Shown in pieces: positions 1-13,505 of a DNA stretch of 64,000 nt. Below the pieces are notes generated by a model. It was given only the letters and a program-made list of their open reading frames with translations. It made no database searches and was not told the origin of the DNA. The position numbers and the translations under genes are program-made. How positions within the stretch are numbered: position 1 is the first letter of the stretch; each line of letters opens with the position of its first letter. This stretch comes from the human T2T-CHM13v2.0 reference genome, Homo sapiens. The DNA lies in assembly GCF_009914755.1 (NCBI RefSeq), contig NC_060931.1. One strand, given 5' to 3'.

Positions 1-139
1 CCTTGTGCTGACCTCCTATCTCACTCATCCTGTGACTTAGAATGCCTAACTTCCTGGGAATGCAGCCCAGTAGGTCTCAGCCTTATCTTACCCATCCCCT
101 ATTCAAGATGGAGTTGCGCTGGTTTGAATACTTCTAACA
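1..139 (-). mobile_element. MER41 LTR (ERV1), 5' part, truncated by window edge
   Basis: Reverse complement reads TGTTAGAAGTATTCAAACCAGCGCAACTCCATCTTGAATAGGGG..., the MER41 5' end; it also matches the copy at 3187. Confidence 0.85.
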
Positions 140-219
140 GATTCGCCTCAAATTCTTTCTTGTGTGAAATCCAAGAACTCTCTCTTGTGGTCCGGACTGG
201 GACCTCTTTTCTGATAACA
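140..219 (+). mobile_element. 3' end of a MER41-type LTR (+), interrupted by the minus-strand MER41
   Basis: ATTCTTTCTTGTGTGAAATCCAAGAACTCTCTCTTGTGGTCCGGACTGGGACC...TAACA aligns with the 3' end of the LTR at ~3720-3791. Confidence 0.75.
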
Positions 220-929
220 GTGTGTGCCACAAGGAATGCCTCAAAGAAGAACACTGCACTGACAATTTCTAAACAGCAGCTTATTAGGGAAAGTGAGAGC
301 AAATTGTTTTGCTTATGCATTGGCTCTGGAGTTCTCAGGGCAAGATGTCAGAAGCAGGATGCATCTTTGGATTGGTTGCGTTCTTAAAAGGAGGATGGTT
401 GGAAGTGAGATGAGATTCTAAGTGAAGAGAAGAAGTGTTGAGTCATCACACGTTGTGAGGCTGCAATTACAAAGCTGATGATGATGGTTGTTCCGTTTTT
501 CAGGATGAGGGAGGAGAAAGGCAAATTAAACTGAAATGTTATACCTTTCCAAAATTAAAATCTCCATTTTTGTAACTATTCACTGTATGAAATATACTTT
601 AACAAAACTTCAAATACACAAGAGGAAATATCTAATTAAATGCCATCTTGCCTTCAACAGCTAAAAGCTATGTGAAATCAATTCTATCTCCATGTTTCTG
701 TATACACATTGTTTTATAAAACTGATATACTTCAAGAAAGGAAGATAGCTATCTAAAGCCATCAGTTACTGGGTGTCAAAACTGAGATATAAAGTTTGTA
801 TCGACTGTTCTAAATTCATTTATTCATTCTTTCCTTCATATGACTACTAGTTCCATGCTACAAGTTACCACCCAGAATGCCCAGCTCCAAGGATATACTG
901 GTGCACAGCAAAAGTAGACTAGTCAATGT

Positions 930-1700
930 CTTCTGTAACATAATTTACGTACAACGAAATATTCAATCTTAAGAGTAACGTCACCCTAGAAAGTTCTCTG
1001 ATGCCTCTTTCTAATCAATTTCCTCCCCATCCTTTGTGAGTTAAAGAACATTGTGATTTTTTTTCTGCTATAACTTAGTTTTACCTGTTCTAGAACTTCA
1101 CATAAATGGAATCATTCATGTATTCTTTATACACATGGAATTGTTTGTGGCTTTTGTGTGAGGCTTTTAAAAAAAAAACTGAGCATAATATTTTTGAGAT
1201 TCATTCTTGTTGTACATTAATCATTTATTGCTGTGTAACATTCCATTGTGGATACAGCACAATTTGTTTATTCATTCTAATAATGGACACTTGGGCTGTG
1301 TCCAGTTTTTTTCTATGATGAATAAAAATGCCATGAACATTCCTGTACAAGGCTTTTTGTAGGACTGACACTAGAAATTCCAGCTACTTGGGAGGTTAGG
1401 ATGGGAAGATCGCTTGAAGTCTGGAGTTCCAGGCTGCAGTGAGGTATGATCACACCACGGCACTCCGATCTAGACAATAGACTGAGACCCCATATGTAAA
1501 GAAAAAAAACCTCTTTTTATAAATATATGTTTTCATTCCTGGGGTATAAGGCATATATAAATTAATTTTATACAAAAAAGCCAGATCATTTTTCAAAGAA
1601 GTTGTGCCATTTAACTCTCCCACTAACAATATGTGAGTGTTTGTATTGTTCTACGACCTCATCAACATTTAATATTGTCGCTCTTTTTAAAATTTTAGCC
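930..1700 (-). mobile_element. Old L1 (L1M-type) 3' end fragment
   Basis: Typical antisense L1M 3'-end text (acctgttctagaacttcacataaatggaatcat; atggacacttgggctg). Confidence 0.65.
1360..1509 (+). mobile_element. Alu monomer (FRAM/AluJ right arm)
   Basis: ccagctacttgggagg...gatcgcttga...aggctgcagtgag...actgagaccc followed by an A-rich tail. Confidence 0.75.
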
Positions 1701-3110
1701 CTTATTGTGGATCCATCCATAGATAATTTAAAGAAAAAGTACACAAATTTATTTTCTTATTTCCTAATAACATTCCCATTGATTATATACTCCCATTATA
1801 TTTCTAACTTTTTTCAAACATTCTTGTAGTAGGCTTGGAAATATCCCGTATTAATATCTGGGTAAAGTGTGCCTTCTTATTTGCATAATAATGAGCAAGG
1901 CCTTGTAAATTAGGGAAAATAACTTTCTGTTATTTGAGGTTTGACTTGGTGAGTCCAAGGTTCTTTCGTCATCTTGGAAAAGAAGTTATGAATCTTCCTC
2001 ATAACCTGAATCCTTCCTAAAGCAACACTGGACAAATGGCCATCCGTATTCTGTTTGGTCACTACCCGTAATGAGTGGCCTGCTTTACATGACGTCCCAA
2101 TCTATGTTTTAATGTTCATAGTTTGTTGTTGCTGAATAAATCCAATTTGATCTCAGGTTTTTTATAGAATACCTGATTATGATAATGTGATATATCATTC
2201 ATTCATTAAATGCATGTGTACTCATTTATAACAAATATTGTCACATATTCCAGACAGTTTCTGGGCAAAGTATTCAGGATCCAGTAGTGAATAGCAATGT
2301 CCTTACCTACATAATTTTTTTAGTCTAGAAGTTAATCATTCTCTAGCATTGTTACTTACCTGGTTTTCCCTAGTCTCTTTTTCAAAATACAAAGTAGCAC
2401 TTACAGGTGAACTCTACCTGTTACAGAGATGTATTTATAGCAACACCAGGAAGATATTTGTTTTCTTAAAAGATGGGGTCTGCAGCCTCAATCTCCTGGC
2501 CTCAAGTCTCTCATCCAGTTTCATGTAATTACCTGAAATAAGAATATTGTTTTCTAATATTCTTCTTCATTTAACATGTCTAGCTATTAAATATTATTAA
2601 GTTAAAAAAATCTCCTAAAATGTCAGTGCTTTGTTTGTTAATAAGTTGTGCTCTTCTCTAATTGAAAGAATATTAAAATGCATTTATATGAGTTGTCCTC
2701 ATATTTACATAAAATGGTTTGAGCATATTTATAAAAAACGGTTTAAGGTTATCTAGAAAGTCCAATGTCTAGGGCTTCCTCAGAGACAGTATCTATCGGC
2801 TGCTTTTTCCCGGTGTGTAGGCCATACTTTCCTGATTCTCTGCATGTCTCCTAATTATTTTGTTAAAAACTAGAAAGTTAAATAATATAATGCACCAACT
2901 GTATAATTTAGATATTTCTTCAGGTTTATTATTTTTGCTGTTTCTTGTTGTGGTGGATTTCTGGAACTAATTCTTTAAAGTCTGTATTCTTTATTATGTG
3001 TAGCCACTGAAGTCTCTGCTCTGTTAAGCTTTGTGGTCAGGTAATGGTTGAACAGAGATTCCCCGGAATGCTTTGAATAAATAAATCTCTCAGCTCTTGC
3101 CAAGGGCTGG

Positions 3111-3111
<1 letters not shown>

Positions 3112-3148
<37 letters not shown>

Positions 3149-3180
3149 TTGTGTGTGTGTGTGTGTTTGTTTGTTTGTTG
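3112..3180 (+). repeat. (TG)n microsatellite grading into (TTTG)n
   Basis: Directly visible. Confidence 0.95.
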
Positions 3181-3186
3181 GGGTAT

Positions 3187-3791
3187 TGTCAGAGGCGTTT
3201 TAACCAGAGCAACTCAATCTTGAATAGGAGCTGGGTAAAATAAGGCTGAGACCTGATGGGCTGCATTCCCAGTAGGTTAGTCATTCTTAGTCACAGGATG
3301 AAATAGGAGGTTGGCACAACATACAGGTCATAAAGACCATGCTGATAAAACAGGTTGCAGTAAAGAAGCCGGCTAAAAGCCACCAATACCAAGATGGTGA
3401 TGAGAGGGAGCTCTGGTCATCCTTACTGCTCATTATACACTAGTTATAATGCATTAGCATGCTAAAAGACACTCCCACTAGTGCCATGATAGTTTACAGA
3501 TGCCATGGCAATGTTAGGAAGTTACCCTATATAGTCTAAAGTGGGGAGGAGCTGCCAGTTCTGGGAATTGCCCACCAGGAAACTGATGAATAATTCACCC
3601 CTTGTTTAGCATATAATCAAGAAATAAGCAGCAGCTTAGGCTGCTGCTCTGCCTATGGAGTAGCCATTCTTTTATTCCTTTACTTTCTTAATAAACTTGC
3701 TTTCACTTTATGGAATTACCCTGAATACTTTTTTGCGCAAGATCCAAGAACCCTCTCTTGGGGTCTGGATGGGGAACCCTTTCCAGTAACA
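3187..3791 (+). mobile_element. MER41 (MER41B-like) solo LTR
   Basis: TGTCAGAGGCG...CCAGTAACA termini, AATAAA near 3690, and a 4-bp TSD GTAT/GTAC with one mismatch. Confidence 0.9.
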
Positions 3792-4835
3792 GTACGTTTT
3801 CAATGCTCCTGAAGGCAATTTACAACTCCTTCTCAGTCTTCACTTCCAACTTGCACAGAACCTCAAAGTCAACCAGAGGCAAGAGATTTGGGCTGTCTTC
3901 TGTCTTCCTTGGTCATAGGCACAGCACTGAGTACATGCGTGGACTTCTAAATTTCCAGCAACATCTGAGCTTTTCATAGCCCTCTATGGACGTTCAATTC
4001 CTGCTTTTCCAAATAATTATCACTTGGTGTTTTGTACTAATGTCCTGAAAAGAGTGCTGTTCATGTAGAGGGATCTCTGATTCAGGTCAAATGAAAAGAA
4101 GCCCCTGAGGATGGAGCTTCTTGGCAAGCTGCCATATAGGTCAAATAGTGACAGGTTTTTGAGGGCGGGGCTTGGGGATACTCCAGACCAGTTGGCCTCT
4201 GCAAGGGCTTGCTAGGCTGCTAGTTTTCACTGCTGTAGTTATGAGACTTTTGGTTTCCAAGGCTACTGCAGAGCAGGGGAAAGGAGCACATAAAAGACAC
4301 ATTAAATGCCATAAAGCTCAAGGTTCATGCTAAGATTCAATTGTTTTTCTAGAGTAAATGCTCCTCAGATTGTTGCATGACTTTAGCTAATTTCCAGAAT
4401 TCTGAAAATGTTCATTTTGACAGTGTTTGCCAGCGTTATCATTGCTTTTATGCAAGAGCAAATTTTCAGAAGTCTTTGCTTTTCCAGGAGTTAGTCCTCT
4501 ATCTTGCAAATTTTATCATTACAAATGGGAAAATAATACTACCACTTCATGACACTAACAAGTGATATTGCATTTTTTTCTAAATGCCCTTCTAGTCTTC
4601 ATTCATATAAATACATTTTATACAATAGGATAATAACAAGATTTGTAGTCTGATTATTTTTCTTGATATTGTATGATGAACATTTTCTGTTTCTACATTT
4701 CTAATTCTGTGTTCCATATTACTGACATCTTACAATTTATAGCTTCTTTACTTCGATTATTTGTCTCTAATTGTTTGAGATTATAAAAAAATGCTATGAT
4801 GTCTAATTTTGGATATTTTTCTTATGAAAAATTTC

Positions 4836-4935
4836 TAGGAAGCAGAATTAGCAGATCAAATGATTCTTAGATAACTTTAAAAAAGTAGGAAGCATAATTA
4901 GTAGCTCAAATGATTCTTATATAACTTTTAAAAAG
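4836..4935 (+). repeat. 50-bp tandem duplication
   Basis: taggaagcagaattagcagatcaaatgattcttagataactttaaaaaag followed directly by taggaagcataattagtagctcaaatgattcttatataacttttaaaaag. Confidence 0.9.
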
Positions 4936-5254
4936 TACAATACACTTTCCAAGACAGGACTGTATTTATAGTTATTTATTATTTCTCCTATCTCTTTACT
5001 TTTGTACACATGCCTGCCTTGTGAACATCTTTTTATTTTATGAGGTTAAGGGACCCACCAATAAAAATTTCCTTGATATACATTTTGTAAGCATTTGTAC
5101 ATCTTATTTCTCTATTCATACTTTTTAGCAGTTAGTGAAATGACCAGTAGGGTTAAGCAAATGGAAATGTTTTATGCTATTTAAACTAAGATAATATTTA
5201 TTAATATAATATCTATATTACAAGCTTCACTAGGTAATATTTAATTCCCTTAGG

Positions 5255-5405
5255 CAAGTGCTTCTAAAACTTTATTTTGGGCATGACTAAATTGGGAATT
5301 CTTGTTAAAGATCAGATGCTGAATCAGTAGATCTGGGGCAGAGCCCAAGAATATGCATTTCTAATAAGTTCCATGAGCCATGAACCACAATATAAATAGC
5401 AAGAC
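5255..5405. mobile_element. MER5-type hAT/Charlie DNA transposon remnant
   Basis: gatgctgaatcagtagatctggggcagagcccaagaatatgcatttctaataagttcc motif. Confidence 0.6.
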
Positions 5406-6299
5406 CTTGTGACATTCTTCTGTGTTTGTGTTACTGCCCAGATGGTTAAAAGGATGAATTTAAAGTTATCCTAGTTCTGGTCAAATCTTGTTTTGAAATC
5501 TTCACCTTATTTAAAGAAATACACTGGAATTAGGGCTCGAATGGGAATAGACAGATTTAACAATGATTCCTGGTGCATCCTCTTGGAGCAGACATATTCA
5601 CTGATTAGTTCCCATCCTTCTAAACACTGCATCCTTCCCTTTCTCCTGTCTATCCGCTCTCTAGGAGCCTGTTTTAGAAGACATCATCTAAAGTTCAAAG
5701 CTTGATAAAACACCTTGTTACTTTTCACTGCTTGTTAAATTGTATCAAGGATATGAATTGTTTAAATGAACAATACTTTTTAGTATCAATACTAAACTTT
5801 TCTCTCTGATTTTTAAACTTAAAATTGAAAGTAGGATCACAGCAGCTCCCAGGAGGTATTTGCTTCAGAACAGTAGGCAATATTTCCAGTTACAGTGCTT
5901 TTGTGATATGCCTATCATCTTCCATTCTTAAAAAAACCAAAAATGCAGACAGATGGCTATCTAGATTTTATAAATGGATTTTAAAAAATAAACTACATTT
6001 ACCAGGATGTGCATTGTCAGTAGGATTTAGGGTATTAGCATATTCATTGTTCAAGTTTTAAAGTATTACAATGGAATTCTCTTCTTTAATGGAACTGTAT
6101 ATTATTTGAATTAAACAAAATAGTTATGGCTTTAGTTTTTTAAAATTAACTGTTTTATATGGCTTAATAATGTAAAGTAAGTATTGTAATATTAAGTAGA
6201 TCACTTAAACTCATATCTAAATAAATCACAAGTGACTCAGGACAATCATAATGGATTGTGCAGACTTAAGAGAAGAACTTCTTATAAATATGGTACCTT

Positions 6300-7200
6300 A
6301 AAAATTACAACAAACCAGGTATAAAACAGATAACACAAAATTACAGTCTGGTTAAAAAAAAAAAAGTCTCTGGCCTAGAAAATGTGTGGCCTTAGTTGGA
6401 GGTAGTCCTAAACTGATCATGACCTCACATACATGCCAGAAGCAAATGTGGGAAGTATCTTATTTACAACATTGTAGGCTTCAAATGATTTCTTTAAAAT
6501 TTTTTAAAGTACAAAACCAGAAAAATGGCCCCAAGTGTAGGTAGATCTCAGAGATGAGAAATGTCTTAGATCTCAGCAAGCACAATAGCAGCAGCAGCAG
6601 AAACAGCTCTTCACATGCTGAAGAAATTAGAATGATCAGATTCAAACTATGAAACGATTGTGCTATGTTTAAAGAAGCAACAGACAGTCTTGAAGATATC
6701 TGCTGGAAACAGTAAAATAAAGTGACATGGAATTATTAAGAAGGAGCTGAAAAATGTACAAGGATAAAAATAAATGAGAAGTATTTTTTGAAATTCGGTA
6801 CATATACTGAGGAACAGAGAAGTGAAATAGAGGATATAATGAAAAAGTATAATATAAATTCAATCAGGATCCTGAAAGGAGAGAAGATAGATTTGAATGG
6901 GGCAATATTCAAAGTGATAGTTGCTGAGAGTTTTCTAGAAATGATGAACAGCTATAATTCACTAATTCAAGCAGCTGAAAAAAACAGAAACAAAAATGCT
7001 AATCCAGATTGATAAGAAATTCTATACCTAGACACATCACAACTAAACTGTAGGGAAAAAGACAAATAGAAAATCCTAAAAGCAGTCGTACTAAAAAAGA
7101 GAGAGACTACTTTCAGAAAAGTAGCAGTCAGATTGAGAGAAAAAAGGAAGTTATTTACAGTTAAAAAGAAATGAGATTCTGAACACATATGGAGCAATTG
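6300..7200 (+). mobile_element. Ancient L1/HAL1 ORF1 remnant
   Basis: ORF 6788-7012 (EIEDIMKKYNINSIRILKGEKIDLNGAIFKVIVAESFLEMM...IQAAE) resembles the L1 ORF1p RRM region (NIRIIGVPEGEE...IFEEIMAENFP). Confidence 0.6.
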
Positions 7201-10200
7201 GTCTTTGAATAGAATAACATGTACTCTGTTGTAATAAGAAGGAAGAAGATGGGTATAGATGAAGATGTTTATAGATTCATGAGAGAAATGAGAGTGTTCC
7301 CATCAGTGAAATGTGAGACAAGATTATCAGTTAATGGTAAAGAAAGAGGATGTGGAAAGTCATGTATTCAAGAGTGGAAAACTAGAAAAATATATAATAG
7401 GATTGCAGGCAGTAATCAGCAATATTACATGAGAATTGTGGAAAAGTGATATAGGAAAGGCAGCTATAGCTTGACAAAGCAGGTCCTGGGTGACAGGAGA
7501 TTTGAGAGATTCTGCAGCAGAGCAGATCAAGTGACTGCAGACAGGAGACTGGCTCAGCTGGCAAATGACAGCCAGAATGCATTTTGGAACATATTCAATT
7601 TTCTCAGTGACTTCCACAAGTGCTTAGGGAGAGGAACCTGGTAAAATATCATTGACTATCTTTAATCAAAAGTTGTAGGGCTTTCCAGGTAAATATTAAA
7701 TTTATCTGTGATTTCACACACTGGTTGAATCTCAGATCTGTAGTTTTCATATGCAATTAAGTATCTATGCAAGAATGCATGCTGCATTCTCTGCCACACT
7801 CACTCAGTGATTCCAGATTATTCTCTAGATATAGGTATAGAACTGCCCCATATCATTATCTTGCCCATCTCTGCAAGAAGACAGAAGTCCCATCACATTT
7901 TTTTCAATATAAAATATTGAAAAAATTTTTAATATAAAGTTGGGGAGAACTCAAAGGCTGTGGCAAAGCTCAGGGGCCATTTCTTAGGCATTATTTTATC
8001 TGCTCCCATCTGTGAGATGGCGGTAGTTTAGGCACATCAGAATATTTGAATTAGCCTATTGAAATAATCACTAGTTTAGTTTGAAAAAGAAGGTAAGTAA
8101 TTTATGAGCCCACATTCTAGTTACAGCTTATAAAATATTTGAACAGCTGGGCAAACATTTCTTAATTGAATTAAAAGGAAGTAAAGAACAATTATTCACT
8201 GCAGTAATGGTATATAAATGGGTCCAATAAAAGCAATAGTGGGGATCATTGCATCCTAAGTACTTACTGCAGTTAACTAGCCTTGAGTTGTTGAGGAAGA
8301 AATGCCTTTGTGATGTGTGGGTAGCTCTAAGCAAGGACTAAATTGAGCAAATTCAACATTCCTCATGGTAAATAAGCATTTAACAATTCTGTAATCTACT
8401 TCTCCCCAACAATAACAGATTACTTCTCATTACTCTACTATTTAAGTTGTTGCTGAACATTTAGCTTATACATGCATTTAGAATTGTTCAAAAGTCCCTG
8501 ACATCTTCTTATCGGTTGTGAAGTAAGTTTGGTAGTCTACACAGGATAGCATTCAATAGTTGAATACCAATTTCAGGGTTGAGTACAGTTACTGTTCCAA
8601 AGTTCTATTTACCATTTTATTTCTAGCATTTTAGGTCAGTACCAGTCCATGTAGGTGTGTAATTCATTTACTGTATTAACTTATTATACTTAGTACAGTC
8701 ATATCAAAATGCTCAAGGTCAAAGTTTGAAACATAGTTATGTTCCTGGAAAGATCTTCACCTAAAATTGGGGTAAAGATCACTACTCTTCTCTATATTAT
8801 TATGTGTAGCTGTGTTATGTTATTCTGCCTACATTCTTCATATATAATTTAGTATGTCACTCAGGGAAGCCTTGTTTGTCACTAAGTACAGGACTTGTCT
8901 TCAGTTTGGACAGACTTCAAAAGACATTTGCCAAGTGGGTAGGCTTAGAGGTTGACTCATAGTTACAAAATTCAGAGGTGTCTATGTGTATGTCTCTCTC
9001 TCTGTATGTTTATTTGATGTATTATTTATTACAATAAGAAATATAACTGTTAAGTGAAGCATCACAATTTTTGTATGGGACATAACATTATTTTCACATT
9101 GCTTTTCACCTGATAAGAACTGACTTGAAACTAGGGCTTTATTTTCATATTTTAATGGATAATTTTATCAAACTAAGGTATCGTGATTGGTCATTTCCCT
9201 TTAAAGGATCTGCCAGCCACAGGGGTTGGTAATGGCAACGTTTACATTTCAGAACTTCCTCCCAGAACAGCCAGCAAGAACACCATGTGTGGTCTTAATC
9301 AGCTCTGTTTTTTGTAGGTTTTTCTGCAGACCAAGCTCTATTTGCCTCTTTTCCCCTTGGCTTGACTTTTTCTTTAATGATTTATTTCAACTTAGATAAG
9401 TTAATAGAACCAGAATGAAGTTACATCCAGATTTTTTTGTTTGAAATGTTGCTGCTCCCAGAACTTCATAGACACTCACTCATTTGACCCCAATGTGAGG
9501 CTCTTTGGTTCAAATACAGTCTTCAGCACCCTAATCACTGGTGACAAAATGAGGCATAATTTCCCAAGTAACAGAGTCAAAATTAAAGTCTAGAGCAATC
9601 ATTTAATATATTTTGCTTGTAATTCCAGTTGCACAATAAATGGAATGGATAAAGTTTGGTGAAACCAGGTTGATTATAACACCTTACATTTGCATGAAAT
9701 GCTGTATTTCACAAAGCCTGTTTGAAACATTACGTCATTTCAGTTATAAGTCCAACTCATCTTGATTGAGATTAGCCCAATAGTATATGTGTGTGTCACT
9801 GAGGTTCAGAGAAGCTGGGTAATACCCACTAAATAGAATATGTGGGGAAGCCCAAGGGTTGTTGGTAATAATTTTCTTTAGATTAGGATGAATGCTGGTA
9901 GACATTTCAAAAGCCATGCCATACATATTTGTTCTTTGACCCCTAAAATATTCTTTATTTATTCAAATGAACATAGATATTTGTTTAGACTGTAGCTAAA
10001 TTAATGGGCATTCAAATTTTGTTATCTTCTTTGGGATTTTTCTTGCTCATATTCTAAACATAATTTTCTTTTGACCTTTTGTTTATGAAATAAACAGCTA
10101 GCATGAACTTTGGAAAATGAGTTTGGGTTCAATACATATTCATCAGATACATTTCTGTTGAAAGTGTATTTTTTGTAACTCACAGATTTGTGAGGAAACT

Positions 10201-11129
10201 GTCATAGACGATTATTCAAGATACTGACAAGTTGATGAAAGTACTATAAGAACATCCAAGAGCATTTTATAGCTAAACATCATTGTTATTATTCACATTT
10301 AATTGTCCCAAATTCTCCATGAAAACAATAATCATTACCTAATTCTTTAAATATATTAATAATCCCTATTATAGGATATTAATGTATGTGATAATTGTTG
10401 ATAATTGTATAAATCACTCATGATGCAAATTTTCCCTCTCAAAAAATATTATTGAACACGTTTCCAATTTTAATAAAAATTTCATGTCTCTCTAATAATC
10501 CCTTGAGTGGAAATCTAATAAAAGGATATGCATACAAGAGAAAATTACTGAACATTTTTTATTTCTCTTGATTTCAACTTTATTTCTATAATAAATACTA
10601 TGAATTACTTAAAGGGTTGGAATTTTTTAGTAGTATTTCGCACATACGTATATATACGTGTGTATATATATATACACACACATATTACATATATATAAAA
10701 CATAATTTTTCCTAGTATTAACAGTTAGCTACCAAAATTCTATCAGTAAAATATTGGTTTTAATTTCTTACCAGGAATTGATATAGGAATAACTAATATA
10801 GAATTTTTCAGGAGACAACTGAAAATAGACTGATGGGCCTTGGCCACAGACTCTTTTGGTTTTAATCCTGGCTTCATATCATCTTTACTTATAAGTTAAC
10901 ATAAGCCTGGAAAGAATTCAGCTCCCATAACAAAAAAATTATACATGGATATCGGTGGATATAGGTATAGTTGTATATGGATATGGACACATGAATCCAT
11001 ATAACCGTATGGATACACAGATCAGAATACTTCTATCTCATAAGTTTGTTGTGAAGATTGAAAAGAGAATACAATTAAAGGAACCAGAACATTCTGGCCA
11101 ATAAATAAATAATTTGTCTTAAAATAGCA

Positions 11130-11760
11130 ATGATAAAAGCCAACTTCCATTGAATACTTAATATGTGCCAGGCCCAAAGAAAGAGTGATGAATAAAATAG
11201 TCAAGATAGTTCAACTCAAGGAGCTTATATCCAGGAGAGAGTAGAGAGATAGTAACTGAGTCAAACAATAAATAAAGAAGCTTAAATAAATTATCTGGGT
11301 GATGCTATAGAAAGTATCTTGTAGAACAAGTGCTTTACACAGAGTGAGAACTGAAAGCTTTTACAAGAAGATACCATTTGACCAGATGCCAAAAGAATAA
11401 AAAGCAGACTACATAGAATTTGAGGGAAGACCGAAAAGCATTAAGCTAGTTTGAGGAACCAAAAGAAAGATAGTTGAGACTTAAAGTTTTCTGAATTAGG
11501 AATTGTCTTATAAGATCTGAGGGGAAAGCAGGAGACAGATCATACACATTGTAGATCATGATAAGAAAGTTGGATTTTATTGTAGAGCATTCAGAAGCCA
11601 CTGAAGGTTTGTTTCTAAGTAGGAGAGATTCATCATGGGAATTTAAGGTCTACTCTGGATGCTGTGTGGAGAATAAATTGTCAGGACAAAAGAGTGGAAA
11701 AAGGAGATTAGTCCAAACTTATTTACGAAGGTCTGGTAAGCATATGATGGCTTTTTAATC
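11130..11760. mobile_element. L2 remnant
   Basis: ttgaatacttaatatgtgccaggc and ttggattttattgtagagcattcagaagccactgaagg are typical L2 motifs. Confidence 0.6.
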
Positions 11761-12865
11761 TGTCAAGTAGTGAAGTGGTTCCCAAGCAGCAGTGCCTCTT
11801 CTGTTGGTCACACTTCTTCATATTTGTCTGATAGGAAGTCAGCAAGCCCAAATGGGTTTGGATCATTTATTACTCACTGAAGAGCAGGCAGCATAAACTT
11901 CATATTTCTCTTACTTCTCTTTGGTCCAAAATCCCATGGGGGTAACACAGAGGTCGGCCTAGGTGAATATTGCACATGTAGTAGATCTGTGTCATGGTTG
12001 AAATTAAGATTAAGAGATCCTGATCTTGTCTAGGGGCTGATGGCAAATCTGCCCCTCTTCCCTTCCAGAAAGAGACATTATCTTTAGTAGCCTGAAACAT
12101 CTCCAGGGAGAGAGACTGGCTTTCTTACCTTGAATGTAAGCCAACCTAGTCTCTGCTCTGGAGCAGTTTGGCAAACATCTTTAAACAAAGATGTCAATGT
12201 CTTTTGCCCAGAAGAGCTGCAGAAGTGCACTGCCTCCCAGCACATCTATGATCAAAATTTTAAAGGAAGGTGTGGCTGAGGCATAAAATAATACAGTGTA
12301 GGATATCTCAACTTAGTTCCATTTGAAACTTTTTTGCATGTCTTTTGCTTTTTAAAAACCATTTTCCAGTTCCAAATGAAAACAAATACAAATATCAACA
12401 AAATCTCCAGAATTAATAAAAAGAATGCTATTGCTTTTCATTTTTATTGGATATACAATAATTTTATTTTTCTAATGTTTTAGTCATTTTCTATTCCCAA
12501 ACTTTCCCTCTAGCTCTGTACATTTAAGTCTTTGCCTTTCCTGGTCATCCCTCTACTTATATTGCTTTGGCTGCCTCCGTGTATTCCCAGGGACTCCTAT
12601 GCATAGCTCTGTCAGAGCATGTAGCATACTTCAGTTTGCTATTTTTTGTCTTTACCATTGATCTTACACTTCCTGAGGTCAAGAATAATGTCATTCACTT
12701 CCATATGACTAGCATACCATATTTTTACTTTAAGGGAGTAGAAGCTTGATAAAAGTTTGTTGAATAAATGTTGAATTGATAGCCATTGTTGCATTGTTTC
12801 AGTTCAAATATTTCCTTTTTTACAGTAATTAACTCCATGGGAAAGTACTATCTCCCTTTTAGGGA

Positions 12866-13165
12866 CTTGTGTATCCATGGGTTCCTCATCCAGGAATTCA
12901 ACCAACTGCAGACTAAAAATATCAAACAAATGAAAAATAATAATACAAAAATAAAGTAATACAAATAAAAAACAATACAACTACTATTTACATAACATCT
13001 ATATTGTATTAGGTATTGTAAGTAACCTATAGATAATTTAAAGTATACAGAGGCTGAACGTGGGGTACACACAATTATGACAGCATTTTATACTAGGGAC
13101 TTGAACATCTGTAGATTTTGATATCCTCAGGGGTCCTGGAACCAATCCTCCTCCAATACTGTGAC
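12866..13165 (+). mobile_element. MER2 (TcMar-Tigger) DNA transposon
   Basis: gtatccatgggttcc...attcaaccaac...tattgtattaggtattgtaagtaa...ggggtcctggaaccaatcc matches the MER2 consensus. Confidence 0.8.
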
Positions 13166-13340
13166 ATTACTTTGTTTTTCATGGCAGTCATTATTTATTT
13201 ACATATTTTTTCCTCATGAAAGATAAGTAAGTCTTCTTGAGGACAGAGGTGATACTATTTTTAATGACATACATCTTCTTAGTTCCCTGTAAAGAACCTG
13301 TATGGAGGAAGTCATCAAATATTTAAGTGAAATTGATGTA

Positions 13341-13500
13341 GCCAGGCGTGGTGGCATGCACCTGTAATCCCAGCTACTTAGGAGGCTGAGTCAGGAGAAT
13401 CACTTGAACTCAGGAGGTGGAGGTTGCAGTGAGCCGAGATTGCAGCATTGCACTCCAGCCTGGGTGACAAGAGCGAAACTCTGTCTTTAAAAAAAAAAAA
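13341..13500 (+). mobile_element. 5'-truncated Alu (AluS right arm) with 12-bp TSD
   Basis: Right arm plus poly-A; TSD GAAATTGATG(T/C)A at 13329-13340 and 13501-13512. Confidence 0.92.
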
Positions 13501-13505
13501 GAAAT

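Larger units (their letters stand above)
2760..4490 (-). mobile_element. Old L1M 5'-region fragment, host of the MER41 solo LTR
   Basis: Diverged antisense L1M 5' motifs (gccatactttcctg; tttgacagtgtttgccagcgtt...) continue on both sides of the MER41. Confidence 0.5.

Noticed and set aside
11780-12250. Possible old LTR fragment; also 27020-28110 and 52660-52900
   Set aside because: They look LTR-like, but I cannot assign a family or ends with confidence.
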